This document shows positions 12,925-25,455 of a DNA stretch of 64,000 nt, piece by piece. A program made the position numbers and the translations under genes. The notes under the pieces were generated by a model. That model did no database searches. It had not been told where the DNA came from and saw nothing but the letters and a program-made list of their open reading frames with translations. The stretch's first letter is position 1; every line of letters begins with the position of its first letter. Origin of the DNA: Octopus bimaculoides (Eukaryota); contig NC_068981.1 in the NCBI RefSeq assembly GCF_001194135.2, positions 194,579,252 to 194,643,251 of the forward strand, written 5' to 3'.

Positions 12925-13286
12925 TAATGTAGTCTTTAAAAAATCCTCAATGCTGATTGGCTCTGGATACACATACCATATCTTCTCACTCCCATCACAT
13001 GACTGTCTGAGTGAGTCATGAGGAACGTAAGAAGATGCGGTATATATATTGGGTGTGACTGTGCTATAGAGGTAGTGTGGTGGTGTGGATGTAATGGCTG
13101 TAGTAGTAATAGTGGGGTAGTGTTGTAGCTGTAATGGTGGTGGCTGTAGGGATGTGGTAGTAGCTATAGTGGAGAGGTTGTGAATGCTATAGGTGTGGTG
13201 GTGGTGGTGGCATGGTTGCTGTAGTAGTGTTATGGTGTTCATTGAACCATTACTTCTTAAACTACCAATTTTTCTTATATTTCCAG

Positions 13287-13429
13287 GTTTACTAGAACTA
13301 ATGTGTTCGACATTAATTGTCTTTGATGAAACCCAATTAGACAAGCTTCTCTTTAATGTTATTAATGCAAGAGTCCTCATTGTTCTGGCACACAACAGTT
13401 CTGCAGAGATTAGAGCCCTCGTCATTCGG
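13287..13429 (+). CDS. LYST: LYST exon (GLLELMC...VLIVLAHNSSAEIRALVIR)
   Basis: tccag| ... CGG|gtaagt; phase 1 to 0. Confidence 0.92.
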
Positions 13430-14404
13430 GTAAGTCAAGGTTTTTTCATCCACATCATCTTTTAAATGAAATACTTTTCTATCACCTGCCCAGACGTGGC
13501 TGTATGGCTGAGAAGCTTGCTTCCCAATCATAAGGGCTTGAGTTCAGTCCTATTGTGTCACCTTGGCACATGTCTTCTACTATAGCTCCAGACTGACCAA
13601 AGTCTTGTCAGTGAATTTGGTAAAGAGAAACTGAAAAAAGATTGTTGTACATGTGCCTCATATGCTTCTTAACCAATATGTGCCATCAGTTGCTGATATT
13701 GGTTTCAAATTTTTACACAATGCCAGCAATTTTCTCAGTGTATAAGTACGTAACTGGTACTTATTTTATTGACCTCAAAAGGATGAAAAACAAAGGTGAC
13801 CTTGGCACAATTTGAACTCAGATGCCACTAAGCATTTTGTTCAGCATGCTAACAATTCTGCCAGCTTGCTGCCTTTACCAGTCACTAATATTCACTGATT
13901 TCATATAAAGGAAGCTTTGCTTTCAGACCAGAGTTACCTCTCTTTGGTATCTGGTGCTGAAGAGAACTAAAGAGTTCAAAATGCATCCATCAGTCCAATA
14001 GAGGTCATTTTTCAAGGACTGCTTATTCTCATTGTGTCCTTCCTGTTTTGACCCTTTTGGCACTAACCTGCTTGATTCTGTAACACAAATTTCCTGTTCT
14101 AAAACCATCTAAATTAAAATCTTGTTCCATCAAAATTTCCCATTAACTCGTGTTCCAAACTTCAGGTTAATAATGGCAAAGTTATTTTACCAAATTCTTC
14201 ATTACTTTCAAAATAAATTGAAAATAAAGGCAACGTATATCAACAGGAATACAGTAAAGAAAGGGTTAAGATGGTAAGGGGTGTGATATGAGGGAAATTT
14301 GACTGCTATTTCTAGCAGGCTAAGTGACATTTTAGAGAGCTCTTTGTTGTTGTTGTTGTTACTGTTATCATTGCTGTTGTTGTTATTGTTGTCTCTTTCT
14401 GCAG

Positions 14405-14574
14405 CTCCTTGATATCTACCTCCAACGATGCCGCAACAACCATGTTGAAGTCTTCCTTAAGCTAAATGGTTTCCATCTGCTAGCAACTCAACTTTACCAT
14501 TACCAGTCAGAGAAAACTCTGGTAGAGATGGCTTTCTCAATAATGCTTGCCAAGCAATTCACTATGGACGAAGG
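14405..14574 (+). CDS. LYST: LYST exon (LLDIYLQRC...FLKLNGFHLLATQLY...MDEG)
   Basis: tgcag| ... GG|gtaagt; not in the ORF track; phase 0 to 2. Confidence 0.93.
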
Positions 14575-15632
14575 GTAAGTCCTCTCTCTCTTCTGATTCT
14601 CTTTAGTCAGGTTGTTTCTACTTTTAATTCTGGCAGAAGTAAGACTCTGTGTGTAAAGGAAAATTCTGACTAGTGGAGATTTAAATCACAAACTATTGAT
14701 ATATATATATATATATATANNNNNNNNNNNNNNNNNNNNNNNNNNNNNNNNNNNNNNNNNNNNNNNNNNNNNNNNNNNNNNNNNNNNNNNNNNNNNNNNN
14801 NNNNNNNNNNNNNNNNNNNNNNNNNNNNNNNNNNNNNNNNNNNNNNNNNNNNNNNNNNNNNNNNNNNNNNNNNNNNNNNNNNNNNNNNNNNNNNNNNNNN
14901 NNNNNNNNNNNNNNNNNNNNNNNNNNNNNNNNNNNNNNNNNNNNNNNNNNNNNNNNNNNNNNNNNNNNNNNNNNNNNNNNNNNNNNNNNNNNNNNNNNNN
15001 NNNNNNNNNNNNNNNNNNNNNNNNNNNNNNNNNNNNNNNNNNNNNNNNNNNNNNNNNNNNNNNNNNNNNNNNNNNNNNNNNNNNNNNNNNNNNNNNNNNN
15101 NNNNNNNNNNNNNNNNNNNNNNNNNNNNNNNNNNNNNNNNNNNNNNNNNNNNNNNNNNNNNNNNNNNNNNNNNNNNNNNNNNNNNNNNNNNNNNNNNNNN
15201 NNNNNNNNNNNNNNNNNNNNNNNNNNNNNNNNNNNNNNNNNNNNNNNNNNNNNNNNNNNNNNNNNNNNNNNNNNNNNNNNNNNNNNNNNNNNNNNNNNNN
15301 NNNNNNNNNNNNNNNNNNNNNNNNNNNNNNNNNNNNNNNNNNNNNNNNNNNNNNNNNNNNNNNNNNNNNNNNNNNNNNNNNNNNNNNNNNNNNNNNNNNN
15401 NNNNNNNNNNNNNNNNNNNNNNNNNNNNNNNNNNNNNNNNNNNNNNNNNNNNNNNNNNNNNNNNNNNNNNNNNNNNNNNNNNNNNNNNNNNNNNNNNNNN
15501 NNNNNNNNTATATATATATATATATATATTAATAAATCTTAGAGTAGCAAAAAATTTAGAAATTCTATTTGCTACCAGTGATCTAGCGAGAAAAAGAAAA
15601 CTAGTCAATAGACTATATATTATTCATATAAA

Positions 15633-16070
15633 TACATACAGTGTACATTTAAACACACAAGAGAGATGTCCATAATAGGACATCTAACCCGCTAGAAGGA
15701 GCAGCCAAACTCCAAACCACAATTAGGGATAATTTCAAAAAGGGAATGAAAAATAAAAACATTTACCATATATTTCGTGAACCATGGTTTCAAGCTATTT
15801 TTAGCAAATTAAAATAATTTGCTAGGCCAGCTATCATCAGCAGGAAAGCCAAGATTAACGTATAAACACAAGGCAATACATAGAACATGCCTCGTGCATA
15901 TCTACCGTGCATGTGCGGTTTTCTTATCGGCAGCAAATACAAAAAATGCCCATTTTCATTCCCTTTCCAAATTATCCCTAATTGTGGTTTGGAGTTTGAC
16001 TGCTTCTTCTAGCAGGTTAGATGTCCTTTTATGGACATATTTCTTATGTGTTTAAATGTACACTGTATGT
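15633..16070 (-). mobile_element. Short element with about 118-bp terminal inverted arms and an internal hammerhead (family C, Penelope-type relic)
   Basis: 15633-15752 is the reverse complement of about 15953-16070; hammerhead motif at 15773-15847(-); (TA)n-rich flanks. Confidence 0.7.
15773..15847 (-). ncRNA. Minimal hammerhead ribozyme candidate with extended stem II
   Basis: Minus strand: TTTCCTG-CTGATGA-TAGCT..hairpin..AGCTT-GAAA-CCATGG-T-T-CACGAAA. Confidence 0.65.
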
Positions 16071-16170
16071 GTGTATATATATATGTATGTATGTATGTAT
16101 GTCTATGTATATTGCTCAGTTACATTTCAACACTATTTTCTACATGTTCTTGTTGTTGTTGTTCTGCCAG

Positions 16171-16300
16171 CTTTGACTTCAGCCAACTGCCCCATGTGAA
16201 CCAAGTACAACTCTCATCAGCTCCACTGCTTCTGTCTCTTCTGGAGAAATCTTCTGAGGACTTTGCCTTAGCCTCTTCTTTTTTAATCATTCTTCATCAG
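16171..16300 (+). CDS. LYST: LYST exon (FDFSQLP...LLSLLEKS...ILHQ)
   Basis: gccag| ... CAG|gtaaga; phase 2 to 0. Confidence 0.9.
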
Positions 16301-17741
16301 GTAAGACATATTTTAACACACAAACAGTTAAACCCTATCCTTGTCCTCCATAATCCCATGACAGAAGAGAATTCTGTCAGGGGATCGATTTTTTTTAACC
16401 ATCATCATCATCATCATCATCATTTTACATCTGTTTACCATGCTGGCATGGGTTGGATGATTAAAAAATTACTATTTTTAAATCTCAGAACGAGAGATAT
16501 TTCAGCAACAGTACTTTGGAGTAAAGATTGTTTGCCAACATAACATGGCAGTCCTGGTTTAGGACTAATGTGTCTCCTGGGGTTAAATTACAGCAACATT
16601 CGTCCTAAACCAGGACTGCCATGTTGGCAAGCAATCTTTACTCCATGAGTTGGATGGTTTGACAGGAACTGGCAGGCCAGAGAGTTGCACCAGGATCCAA
16701 TTATCTGTTTTGGCTTGGTTTCTATCGTCGGGTGCCCTTCCTAATACAACCACTTTACAGAGAGTAATGGATGCTTTTTTCATGGCGCCAGTACCAGTGC
16801 TTTCAATGTGGCACCAGCATGGGTGCTGTTACATGACGCTAGCACAGGTGCTTTTAACATGGCACCAGGGGGTGGGGGTGCCAAATAGCTTGCAAGACAA
16901 AGACCCTTGAAAAGGAAACTATTTTAAAATAATGGAGGAAATATATCCAAACTCCTACAAATAAATATATTGGTTTATAACCAAGTAAATGCATTGGCAT
17001 TGGTATTTCTTTTGTTACATCATAAAAGGTTTAATATAGTACAATGTGGTGAAGTGGTTCCTGTTTCTTGCCATGGATTGAGAAGCACAGGGTACAGCCA
17101 AAATGTTTTCCTTGTTTTACAGGCTGGCAAACGTTTTGCAACGAATGTACCAAATGCTTTGATCCAAACCATGATGGTAACTGAAAGAAAGACCCCAAAA
17201 TAGTAGTAAAACATTAGTTACAAGAAGATACTGTTATCTGCCACCAAACAACATTTATTAATATAACTACCATGCGTCAAAGCGAAAGGAATGAGAAGAG
17301 GTTTTTTGGCAACACTTTGTGCAGTGTAAGGGGGGGGGAGAATATATGTAAAATTATTGTGATGTCATGCTTGAGAAGAAAACCCATCAAGCTGAGTAAA
17401 ATTTCAGTTGCGGCAGATACTGGTGTCATGCAAATGGCACCCGTGCTGGTGGCACATAAAAGCACCCATTATACTCTCAGAGTGGTTGGCGTTAGGAAGG
17501 GCATCCAGCTGTAGAAAACCATGTCAAAACAAACTGGAGTGTGGTGCAGCTTCCAGCTTGCCAACCCTGGTCAAACTGTCCAACCCATGCCAGCATGGAT
17601 AATGGACGTAAAATGATGATGATGATGATGATGATGATGACTTAGGTTGCAGTTTTATGACCTAGGTGACATTTCTATATGTTCTCTCTCTCTCTCTCTC
17701 TCTCTCTTTATCTCTCTCTCTCTTTATCTCTCTCTCTCTCT

Positions 17742-17790
<49 letters not shown>

Positions 17791-17834
17791 GCCAGTGGTC
17801 AGTTTGTAATTTATATCCAATTTCTTTATTGCAG

Positions 17835-17935
17835 ATGTTTGAATGTAATTCTGTGATTTGTGCAGCTTTGATGGACTCGGGACTCACTGAAACCCTCTGT
17901 AATTTTTTGGCCAAGATGAACCAGTTTTACAACAG
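17835..17935 (+). CDS. LYST: LYST exon (MFECNSVICAALMDSGLTETLCN...)
   Basis: tgcag| ... AG|gtaagt; phase 0 to 2. Confidence 0.9.
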
Positions 17936-18699
17936 GTAAGTTATCAGAGTGGGTGGTGGTGGTGGTGGTGTTGAGGTGTTATTTCAGTGTTGCAAGTGTT
18001 GCCAGAACGATGAACTGTAGTGGTAGTGGTGGTAGTGAATTGTCATAATAATAATAATGGTTTCAAATTTTTTCACAAGGGCAGTGGTTTTGGGGGAGGG
18101 AATGATTGAATTAGATCAACCCCAGTGGTCAACTGGTACTTATTTTATCGGCCCTGAAAGGATGAAAGGCAAAGTCAACTGTGGCGGAATTGTCATAATA
18201 ATAATAATAGGAAACTTGATAGCATTGGTTTTGTTGAATGTGGGTTGGATAGGTGTGTAATATAATATGATTAATAGCAACAGAAGCTCTATTAATATCA
18301 AAAGGTAGTATTTTTCTTCCGCTTAAAGTGGTTGTTGTATTAGAACATACAATACTGTGTTACTTACCATGAGAGAATCTCTCATAGGGGCTTCAAATTT
18401 TATATATATATAGGAGATAAATATTCTTTTCTACTCTAGGCACAAGGCCCGAAATTTTGGGGAGGGGGCCAGTCGATTAGATTGACCCCAGTACACAACT
18501 GGTACTTAATTTATTGACCCCGAAAGGATGAAAGCTAAAGTCGACCTTGGTGGAATTTGAACTCAGGATGTAAAAACAGACAAAATAGCGCTAAGTGTTT
18601 CCCCCGGCGTGCTAACGTTCCTGCCGGCTCACTGCCTTAGAAGGAGATAAATATTACGTTTTGTAATTATATATATATATATATATATCAAAATCAAAA

Positions 18700-19151
18700 A
18701 TCAAATCACAATCAAATGGAGATTGTAGTTGTGGCCGATGCCAGTGCTGCCTGACTGGCTCCCGTGTTGGTGGCAATCAATAAGCACCATTTATGCATGG
18801 GTCGTTGCCAGTGTTATCTGACTGGCTCCCTGTGCTGGTGGTATATAAAAAGCACCATCTGAATGTGGTTGATGCCAGCCCCCACCGCCCCGACTGGCTC
18901 CTGTGCCAGTAGCATGTGAAAAGCACCATCCAGACATGGATGATCCTGACTGGCTCCCATGCCGGTGGCACGTAAAAAGCACCCACTATACTCTCAGAGT
19001 GGTTAGCGTTAGGAAGAGCATCCAGCTGTAGAAACCTTGCCAGATCAGATTGGAGCCTGGTGCAGTCGCTGGCTCTCTAGACCTCAGTCAAACCATCCAA
19101 CCCATACCAGCATGGAAGAAGGATGTTAAATGATTATGATGATGATGATGA

Positions 19152-19155
<4 letters not shown>
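18700..19155 (+). mobile_element. RTE LINE 3' fragment
   Basis: Family motifs and (GAT)n tail; boundaries approximate. Confidence 0.8.
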
Positions 19156-19195
<40 letters not shown>

Positions 19196-19820
19196 AGGTT
19201 TGGAGGTGATGCACAGGAATTATATATTAGAAAAAATAATAAGGTACTCAGATATCAACCATCCAAATATCTGAGTACCTTATTATTTTTTCTAATATAT
19301 ATATATATATATGTATATAGTATAGTTTGTTATTTGTTATATTTTTGGAGTGTGTGTTCTTAGAGAGTCTTTTATTTCATAACTTCAAAGTAAGAACCGG
19401 TGGTTGCTATTAAGTTTACTGAGAAATACATCAAATGAATTACTTGACAACAAAATGTCATCCTGCTTCGAACCTATTTCCAGCTTTCATTTATCATGGT
19501 TTCCTTCTGCAGTTCTTTGCTCCAGGGTGTGGCTCCCCAAAAGAGCTTCCCACATTTTACAAGTTGGCAAACATTCCAATATCAAAAGCATGGTGTGTCA
19601 CCAGTCCTAACTATGATGGTAACTGAGAAAATAGTTTAACATTAGCAACATGAAGACATTAATTTGACTAGTGCCACCCCACTGGCTTGTGTAAATTTGG
19701 GGAGGTTTTGTCTGCCGCACCCTGTGTAAGTGATTGTGTTAAATCAATGATTCTTGTTTTATTTGCTGTGTTTTATTGTTATTCATAACTGTTTTTTGTT
19801 TTTGTTGTTCTCTTCCACAG

Positions 19821-19895
19821 ACCAATGGATGAACGGCAATCAGTGTTTGATCGACTCAAGAAACTCTTCACAGCTGTAGCTCTTAGAGAATTTAG
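19821..19895 (+). CDS. LYST: LYST exon (PMDERQSVFDRLKKLFTAVALREF)
   Basis: ccacag| ... AG|gtaat; phase 2 to 2. Confidence 0.83.
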
Positions 19896-20106
19896 GTAAT
19901 TTCATTGGATTTAAATGAGAAAAGAAACGAAAGAGAGATGGATGTGTGTGAATTCAAATCTGCTGAAATGTTGGGTCCTCAACCTTTTAACATTTAAATC
20001 ACTCAGGTCCGGCTCAAATATTGTACTTGTTTTATGTTCACACTGACCAGATCTAGCCTCTCACACCTACTCTATAACGTCATTCTAAAAATAAGCATTA
20101 ACATTA

Positions 20107-20267
20107 GGAGCAGGAGTGGCTGTGTGGTAAGATGCTTGCTTCCTAACCACATGGTTCCGGGTTCAGTCCCACTGCGTGGCACCTTGGACAAGTGTCTTCT
20201 ATTATAACCTCGGGCTGACCAAAGCCTTGTGAGTGGATTTGGTAGACGGAAACTGAAAGAAGCCCGT

Positions 20268-20312
<45 letters not shown>

Positions 20313-20530
20313 GTGTATGTGTGTGTCTGTGTTTGTCCCCCCAACATCGCTTGACAGCCGATGCTGGTGTGTTTATGTCCCTGTAACTTAGCGGTTTGGC
20401 AAAAGAGACCGATAGAATAAGTACTAGGCTTACAAAGAATAAGTCCTGGGGTCAGTTTGCTCGACTAAAGGCGGTGCTCCAGCATGGCTACAGTCAAATG
20501 ACTGAAACAAGTAAAAGAGAGTAAAGAGTA
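20107..20530 (+). mobile_element. tRNA-derived SINE with CORE-like segment (GGCACCTTGGGCAAGTGTCTT) and internal (TA)/(TG)n
   Basis: A/B-box-like head GGCTGTGTGGTAAG...GGTTCAGTCCC. Other copies near 4985-5395, 9588-9975, 13495, 23850, 48699-49005, 55780(-), 56100(-). Confidence 0.8.
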
Positions 20531-21376
20531 GAGAGTAACATCATCAAAATCTTGAATTTGTGAATTAATGCAAGATTAATTAAAGACTATGAATAAATAA
20601 GCATTTCATTTGACAGAATAATCTGAATGCTGACGAGTTAATTACGAAATTAGTTCAATATGACCCCTCATTTGTTGTTTTGGTTGTTTATTAAACAACA
20701 TCTTATTGATTTAAGTGAAACAACATAGAATCTGAGCCCAATGATCCAATTAAATTATAAATCAAAAACAACTTTAGCTATGTAAACCTTATCAATTGCA
20801 CATTCCCTGTCTTTGTGTTTTATTTATACACTGAATTTGCTGCAGGATGGTGTTCAGGGAACACTTCCCATACAAGGCTGAGTGTTAACAAACACTTACA
20901 GACCAGATGTGACAGCTCACTTTGCAATCACCAAGAATGGTAGATATATCTATGTCACCATTGTTGTCGCTTATCAATACCACATGACAGGCTTCTTTCA
21001 GTTTCCTTCTGCCAAATTAACTTACAAGGTTTAGATTGACCCAGCCACGTGAAAAGCACTAAGTCCATTCTGCTGAGTGGTTGGTGTTAGCAAGGGTATC
21101 TAGCTGTAAAGATCCTTCCAAAATAGTCGCTGAAGTCTAGTGCAGGCTTCAGCCTGGCCAGCTTTTGTGGTACCATCCCACCCATGCCAGCATAGAAGGC
21201 AGATGTTAAACGATGACGATGATGATGATGATGATGGTGATTTATCCAAAGTTTCATGCTGTGAGACTGGACCTTAACTACATCGTAGTCGGGAAGATTT
21301 TACCCCTTCTTATTTTCAAATCTGTTTTACAGTTCCAAATTACTTCCAAATCAATTATTTTATTTATATCTTTCAG

Positions 21377-21462
21377 CCTTAGTGGAAACTCTCATTATCA
21401 AAACTTTGAAGAAATTCTCAGCCTCCTGAAAGCTCTTGAAGAACGGGAAAAGATTGTTTATG
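21377..21462 (+). CDS. LYST: LYST exon (LSGNSHYQNFEEILSLLKALEEREKIVY)
   Basis: ttcag| ... G|gtaagt; phase 2 to 1. Confidence 0.88.
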
Positions 21463-21720
21463 GTAAGTTCTTCAACTTTATATTTACAAGAGTTGTTGTT
21501 TAGCCCCTGGTCAGCCTTGATTGAGCAGACATATGATTATAGGCATTCCAGTCATGACCATCCTTTTTAAGTATAATCCATCCAAGACTATGTTTATTCT
21601 GAATTTACATTTTGTTCCCTATTTAAGATGGTACATTGGTCATTCTGTTCCCTTTTTAACTATTCCCACAAGCTCTCAAACCACCCCTAAACTCTGCCCA
21701 TAAATGTACTCAGCATTTAA

Positions 21721-21925
21721 TCCTTTAGCATTAAAACTGGCCACATCCAGCTCAAATATATTCTCAGACCAGCCAGATTTGGTCTCTCACACCTACTCTG
21801 CAATGACATTGTAAAAATAAACAACCACATCATTGAAAGCTTGAATCTGCAAGATAATACAAGATTAATTCAAACCAGTGTGACTAAATAAACATATTTA
21901 CCAGAGTAATCTGAATGCTAAAGGG
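21721..21925. mobile_element. piggyBac-type MITE (TTAA-flanked, CCCTTTAGCATT TIR)
   Basis: TTAA at 21717-21720 and 21926-21929; related copies at about 19981-20630 (SINE-interrupted), 37853-38075 and 46963-47515; a similar TTAA family at 10978-11453 (tandem pair). Confidence 0.7.
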
Positions 21926-22045
21926 TTAACTCTGAGTATCAACTCAGAATAGTTCCAGACCCAAACAATGTATTACCTCCCCGACCACACACCCTTCCAT
22001 TCTAATGCGGAACTGGTTTTAGTCTAAAACTTCTATCTTTTACAG

Positions 22046-22177
22046 GTCCATCATCCTTTGAGGTGAAGAACATAAAACAATTGGAATATCATATTTTTTA
22101 CCAAAGTCTTCAGTTTGTTGAAGTGCCACATGAAAATAACAGTTCTTCAGCACAGAGAGGCCGCAGTAAAACAAACA
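22046..22177 (+). CDS. LYST: LYST exon (GPSSFEVKNIKQLEYHIFYQSLQFV...KTN)
   Basis: ttacag| ... A|gtaagt; phase 1 to 1. Confidence 0.83.
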
Positions 22178-22599
22178 GTAAGTGGTTGCCATTTATTACA
22201 GTTTGAACTTTGACCAAAATCCTCCATGCGGTGTCTTTCTGATGCCATTGGAATACTAGCTACTAGGAACCTCTTTTAGCAGCATCCTGAAGGCTAGTAG
22301 CTGTTTCAACCTGTGGTGCCAGTGCCATGTAGAAAGCATTGGTGATGGTGCCATATAAAAAGCATCCAGTACACTTTGTAAAGTGGTTGGCATTATGAAG
22401 GGTATCCAACAATAACAACTATGTCGAAGCAGACATTGGATCCTGGTGCAGCTGTCTGGCTAACCTGCTCCTGTCAAACTGTCCGACCCATGCCAGCTTG
22501 GAAGATGGACGTTAAATGATGATGAACAGCTAATAGCATTTAACACACTTTCTATCTATATTGATATTGTGGGGAATAATATGGAATGGTTAAAATATG

Positions 22600-22938
22600 T
22601 GAGACAAAATGGCTGAGTTCCTTTCAAATATTGTGCTTCATGGAGGCAAAGTGGCTGAGTTTCTTCCAAGCATTGTGCCTCATGGAGGCAAAGTGGATAA
22701 GTGGCACAAGTGTTGTGCCGCATGGAGGCAAAGTGGTTGAGTTCCTTTCAAGCCTTGGGCCTCATGGAGGCAAAGTGGATAAGTGGCACAAGTGTTGTGC
22801 CGCATGGAGGCAAAGTGGTTGAGTTCCTTCCAAGCGTTGTGCCTCATGGAGGCAAAGTGGATAAGTGGCACAAGTGTTGTGCCGCATGGAGGCAAAGTGG
22901 TTGAGTTCCTTTCAAGCCTTGGGCCTCATGGAGGCAAT
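22600..22938. repeat. Minisatellite with 82-bp higher-order unit (40+42-bp subunits, both starting CATGGAGGCAAAGTGG)
   Basis: Subunit starts at 22681, 22721, 22763, 22803. Confidence 0.9.
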
Positions 22939-23491
22939 GACTGAGATTTTTGACATTGTGTTGTGCTTGAGAAGACCCATCAAGCCGAGCAAAATTGCAG
23001 TTGTGACAGACATCGGTGTCGTGCAAATGGCACATAAAAGCACCCATTACACTCTCAGAGAGGTGGGCATTAGAAACGGCATCCAACCATAGAAAACCAT
23101 GCCAAATCAGACTGGAGTCTTGTGCAGCTTACCAGCCCTGGTCAAACTGTCCAACCCATGCCAGCATGGACAACGGACATTAAATGATGATGATGAGGAG
23201 GAGGAGGATGAATTAGTTGTCCCTCTGGTCTTCCATTAGGGTATCTTCTGATATATCTTTAGTGATCCCTCTGGTGTACCATAGGAGATCTTGTATTAAT
23301 GCTTTAGCATTTATTTGTTGTTATATTAGGGGCCACTGTCATTCTATTACTATCACATTCTGGTGTTACCTTAAGGGTTCATTTATATCTTAATATAAAC
23401 ATTAGGGTCCAAATTGTTCTTTTTTTTTATGACCCTTCTGTTTGTTTATTTTGCAATTATTTATTTATTTATTTTTCTGTTCTATTTCAAG

Positions 23492-23713
23492 ATGAGCAAC
23501 AACAAAGCCTAAAAAACAAGGAACTGAAGAATTCGCAGTGGTCTTTGTTGCCTTTGTCTGATCCCACAGACAAATTCCTCTCCAACATATCCCAGTGGTC
23601 AACTCTATGGGGTCAGAAAAAGAAGAAAGAGACCAATAAAGTGGCAGGATCTGAACTCTCTGACCGTTTAAGAAAACTAATTGTCATGGCTGTAGATCTG
23701 GTAGTGTTTGGGG
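23492..23713 (+). CDS. LYST: LYST exon (EQQQSLK...ELSDRLRKLIVMAVDLVVFG)
   Basis: ttcaag| ... G|gtaaga; phase 1 to 1. Confidence 0.88.
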
Positions 23714-24961
23714 GTAAGAACCTTTGTTTTTGCTTGGTTTATTTTGTTTGGTGTGTGGAGGTGCTGTACTCTTATTTGTGTTGTAGAGTACTTTCACTCA
23801 ACATTTACTTGTGTGAGTTGACAAATGTCATTTCTGGTGTGTGTGTGCAGACATGGCTATGTGGTTAAGAAGCTTGCTTTGCAACCATGTGGTTTTGTGT
23901 TCAGTCCCACTGCATGGTACCTGAGAAAAGTGTCTTTTAGCATAACCTCAAGCAGACTAATGCCTTGTTGAGTGAATAATTTGTTTGGTAGAAATTGTAT
24001 GGAAACCAGTTGTGTGTGTGTGTGTGTCTATATCTCACATGGATAGGAAAGCCTTCTTTTTTCTGTCGAGGGCTTATATGCCCCTTTATTCGACTATTTT
24101 CCTTAGTCATTGCATGGTGACCGCCATAAGCTTTAAGCTTATATAAAAATACCAACATTATTATTTACAGGATTGTAAGTCACAACACCGTAATAAAAAG
24201 ACCATTTGCACCGAAAGCATATATATATATAAATGGAACAAAAACGCAATAGAGGACAATAAAAACATTCGAACAGATGACGATACAAGTAAATATGGGG
24301 TTGAAAATAGAATTTTGGATAGAAAAGGTCAAAGGTTATGTGATGTGCCACCAGAGCTAATGTTCCAAAAAAACGAATTATTTTATAGTGTGTCATCATC
24401 ATCATCGTTTAACGTCCGTTTTCCATGTTGGCATGGGTTGGATGGTTTGACTGAGGTCTGGAGAGCCAGGAGGCTGCACCAGGCTCCAATCCGATCTGGC
24501 AATGTTTCTACAGCTGGATGACCTTCCTAATGCCAACCACTCTGAGAGTGTTATGTGCCACCAGCACAGGAGCCAGTCAGGTAGGCCTTGTATTTCTTAA
24601 GATGCTCCCCTTTTATAGTGTAGTCAGTGTGGTCTTATTGTTGTTAATCCCAGGTCATCCCTGACTGGCCCAGGTCTGTGATCAGTGACATTCGAGCCAT
24701 ACCCAGCCATCCTTCTATCAATAATTGCACATCTAGGATTACGTTCTCCAGTTTGTTCTTTTCTTTCCATGATGGTAGCATGTAACTTGAGTGAAATTTG
24801 GCTGTTATTTCTAGCAGCTATAGCATTGCTGTGCCATCAAAACGGTATGTTTGTCAGTATGGTGTAATATGTGGCTTTGATGTCTCTGATATATTCTCTA
24901 ACCATAAATCTTTATTATATAATTTATTCATGTATACATATTACTATATCAATATATCTAG

Positions 24962-25098
24962 ATAATGACTCCAGCTCCATAGCTACTGGACTTAAGTTGA
25001 CCTTTGTATTCAATGGACCCAGTGACGCATTTACATCAGACAGCCAGTTTCGGACACATCTGCTGGACTTCTTAGTGAAATCTTTGGCCAGCATACAG
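24962..25098 (+). CDS. LYST: LYST exon (DNDSSS...FRTHLLDFLVKSLASIQ)
   Basis: tctag| ... CAG|gtcagt; phase 1 to 0. Confidence 0.86.
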
Positions 25099-25149
25099 GT
25101 CAGTGTATGTCCTTTTTTCTCTCAATCTTCCCCACTTTTTGGTCTCCTT

Positions 25150-25455
25150 CCAATGCTGCAACTTTCCCTCTGGCCCCTCCCATTGCTGCGACCTTCCCCC
25201 TGGCTCCTCCTATCGCTACGGCCTTGCCCTTGGCTCCTTCCATTGCTATGGCCTTCTTCCTGGCTCCTCCCATTGTAGCAGCCTTCATCCTGGCTCCTTC
25301 CAGTTATGTGGCCTTCCCCCTGGCTCCTCCCATCTCTGCGGCCTTCCCCCTGGCTCCTCCCATCTCTGCGGCCTTCCCCCTGGCTCCTCCCATCTCTGTG
25401 GCCTTCCCCCTGGTTCCTTCCATCTCTGCAGCCTTCCCTCTGGCTCCTTCCATCT
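25150..25455. repeat. 30-bp minisatellite (CCTTCCCCCTGGCTCCTCCCATCTCTGCGG) running into an N gap
   Basis: About 10 visible tandem units. Confidence 0.9.

Noticed and set aside
14670-15608. Long ORFs spanning N runs (also 25103-26034, 56262-57554, 61339-61923)
   Set aside because: Artefacts of N translated as X.
20846-20943. Possible extra LYST exon after TGCAG
   Set aside because: Stop codon in the phase required after exon 19821-19895; flanking exons already join in frame.
22600-22938. CRISPR-like repeat/spacer pattern
   Set aside because: Eukaryotic intron, only two alternating tails, no cas genes; it is a minisatellite.
25107-25455. AFPLAPPISA repeat protein
   Set aside because: Translation of an intronic 30-bp minisatellite that is open in several frames; no splice or start support.
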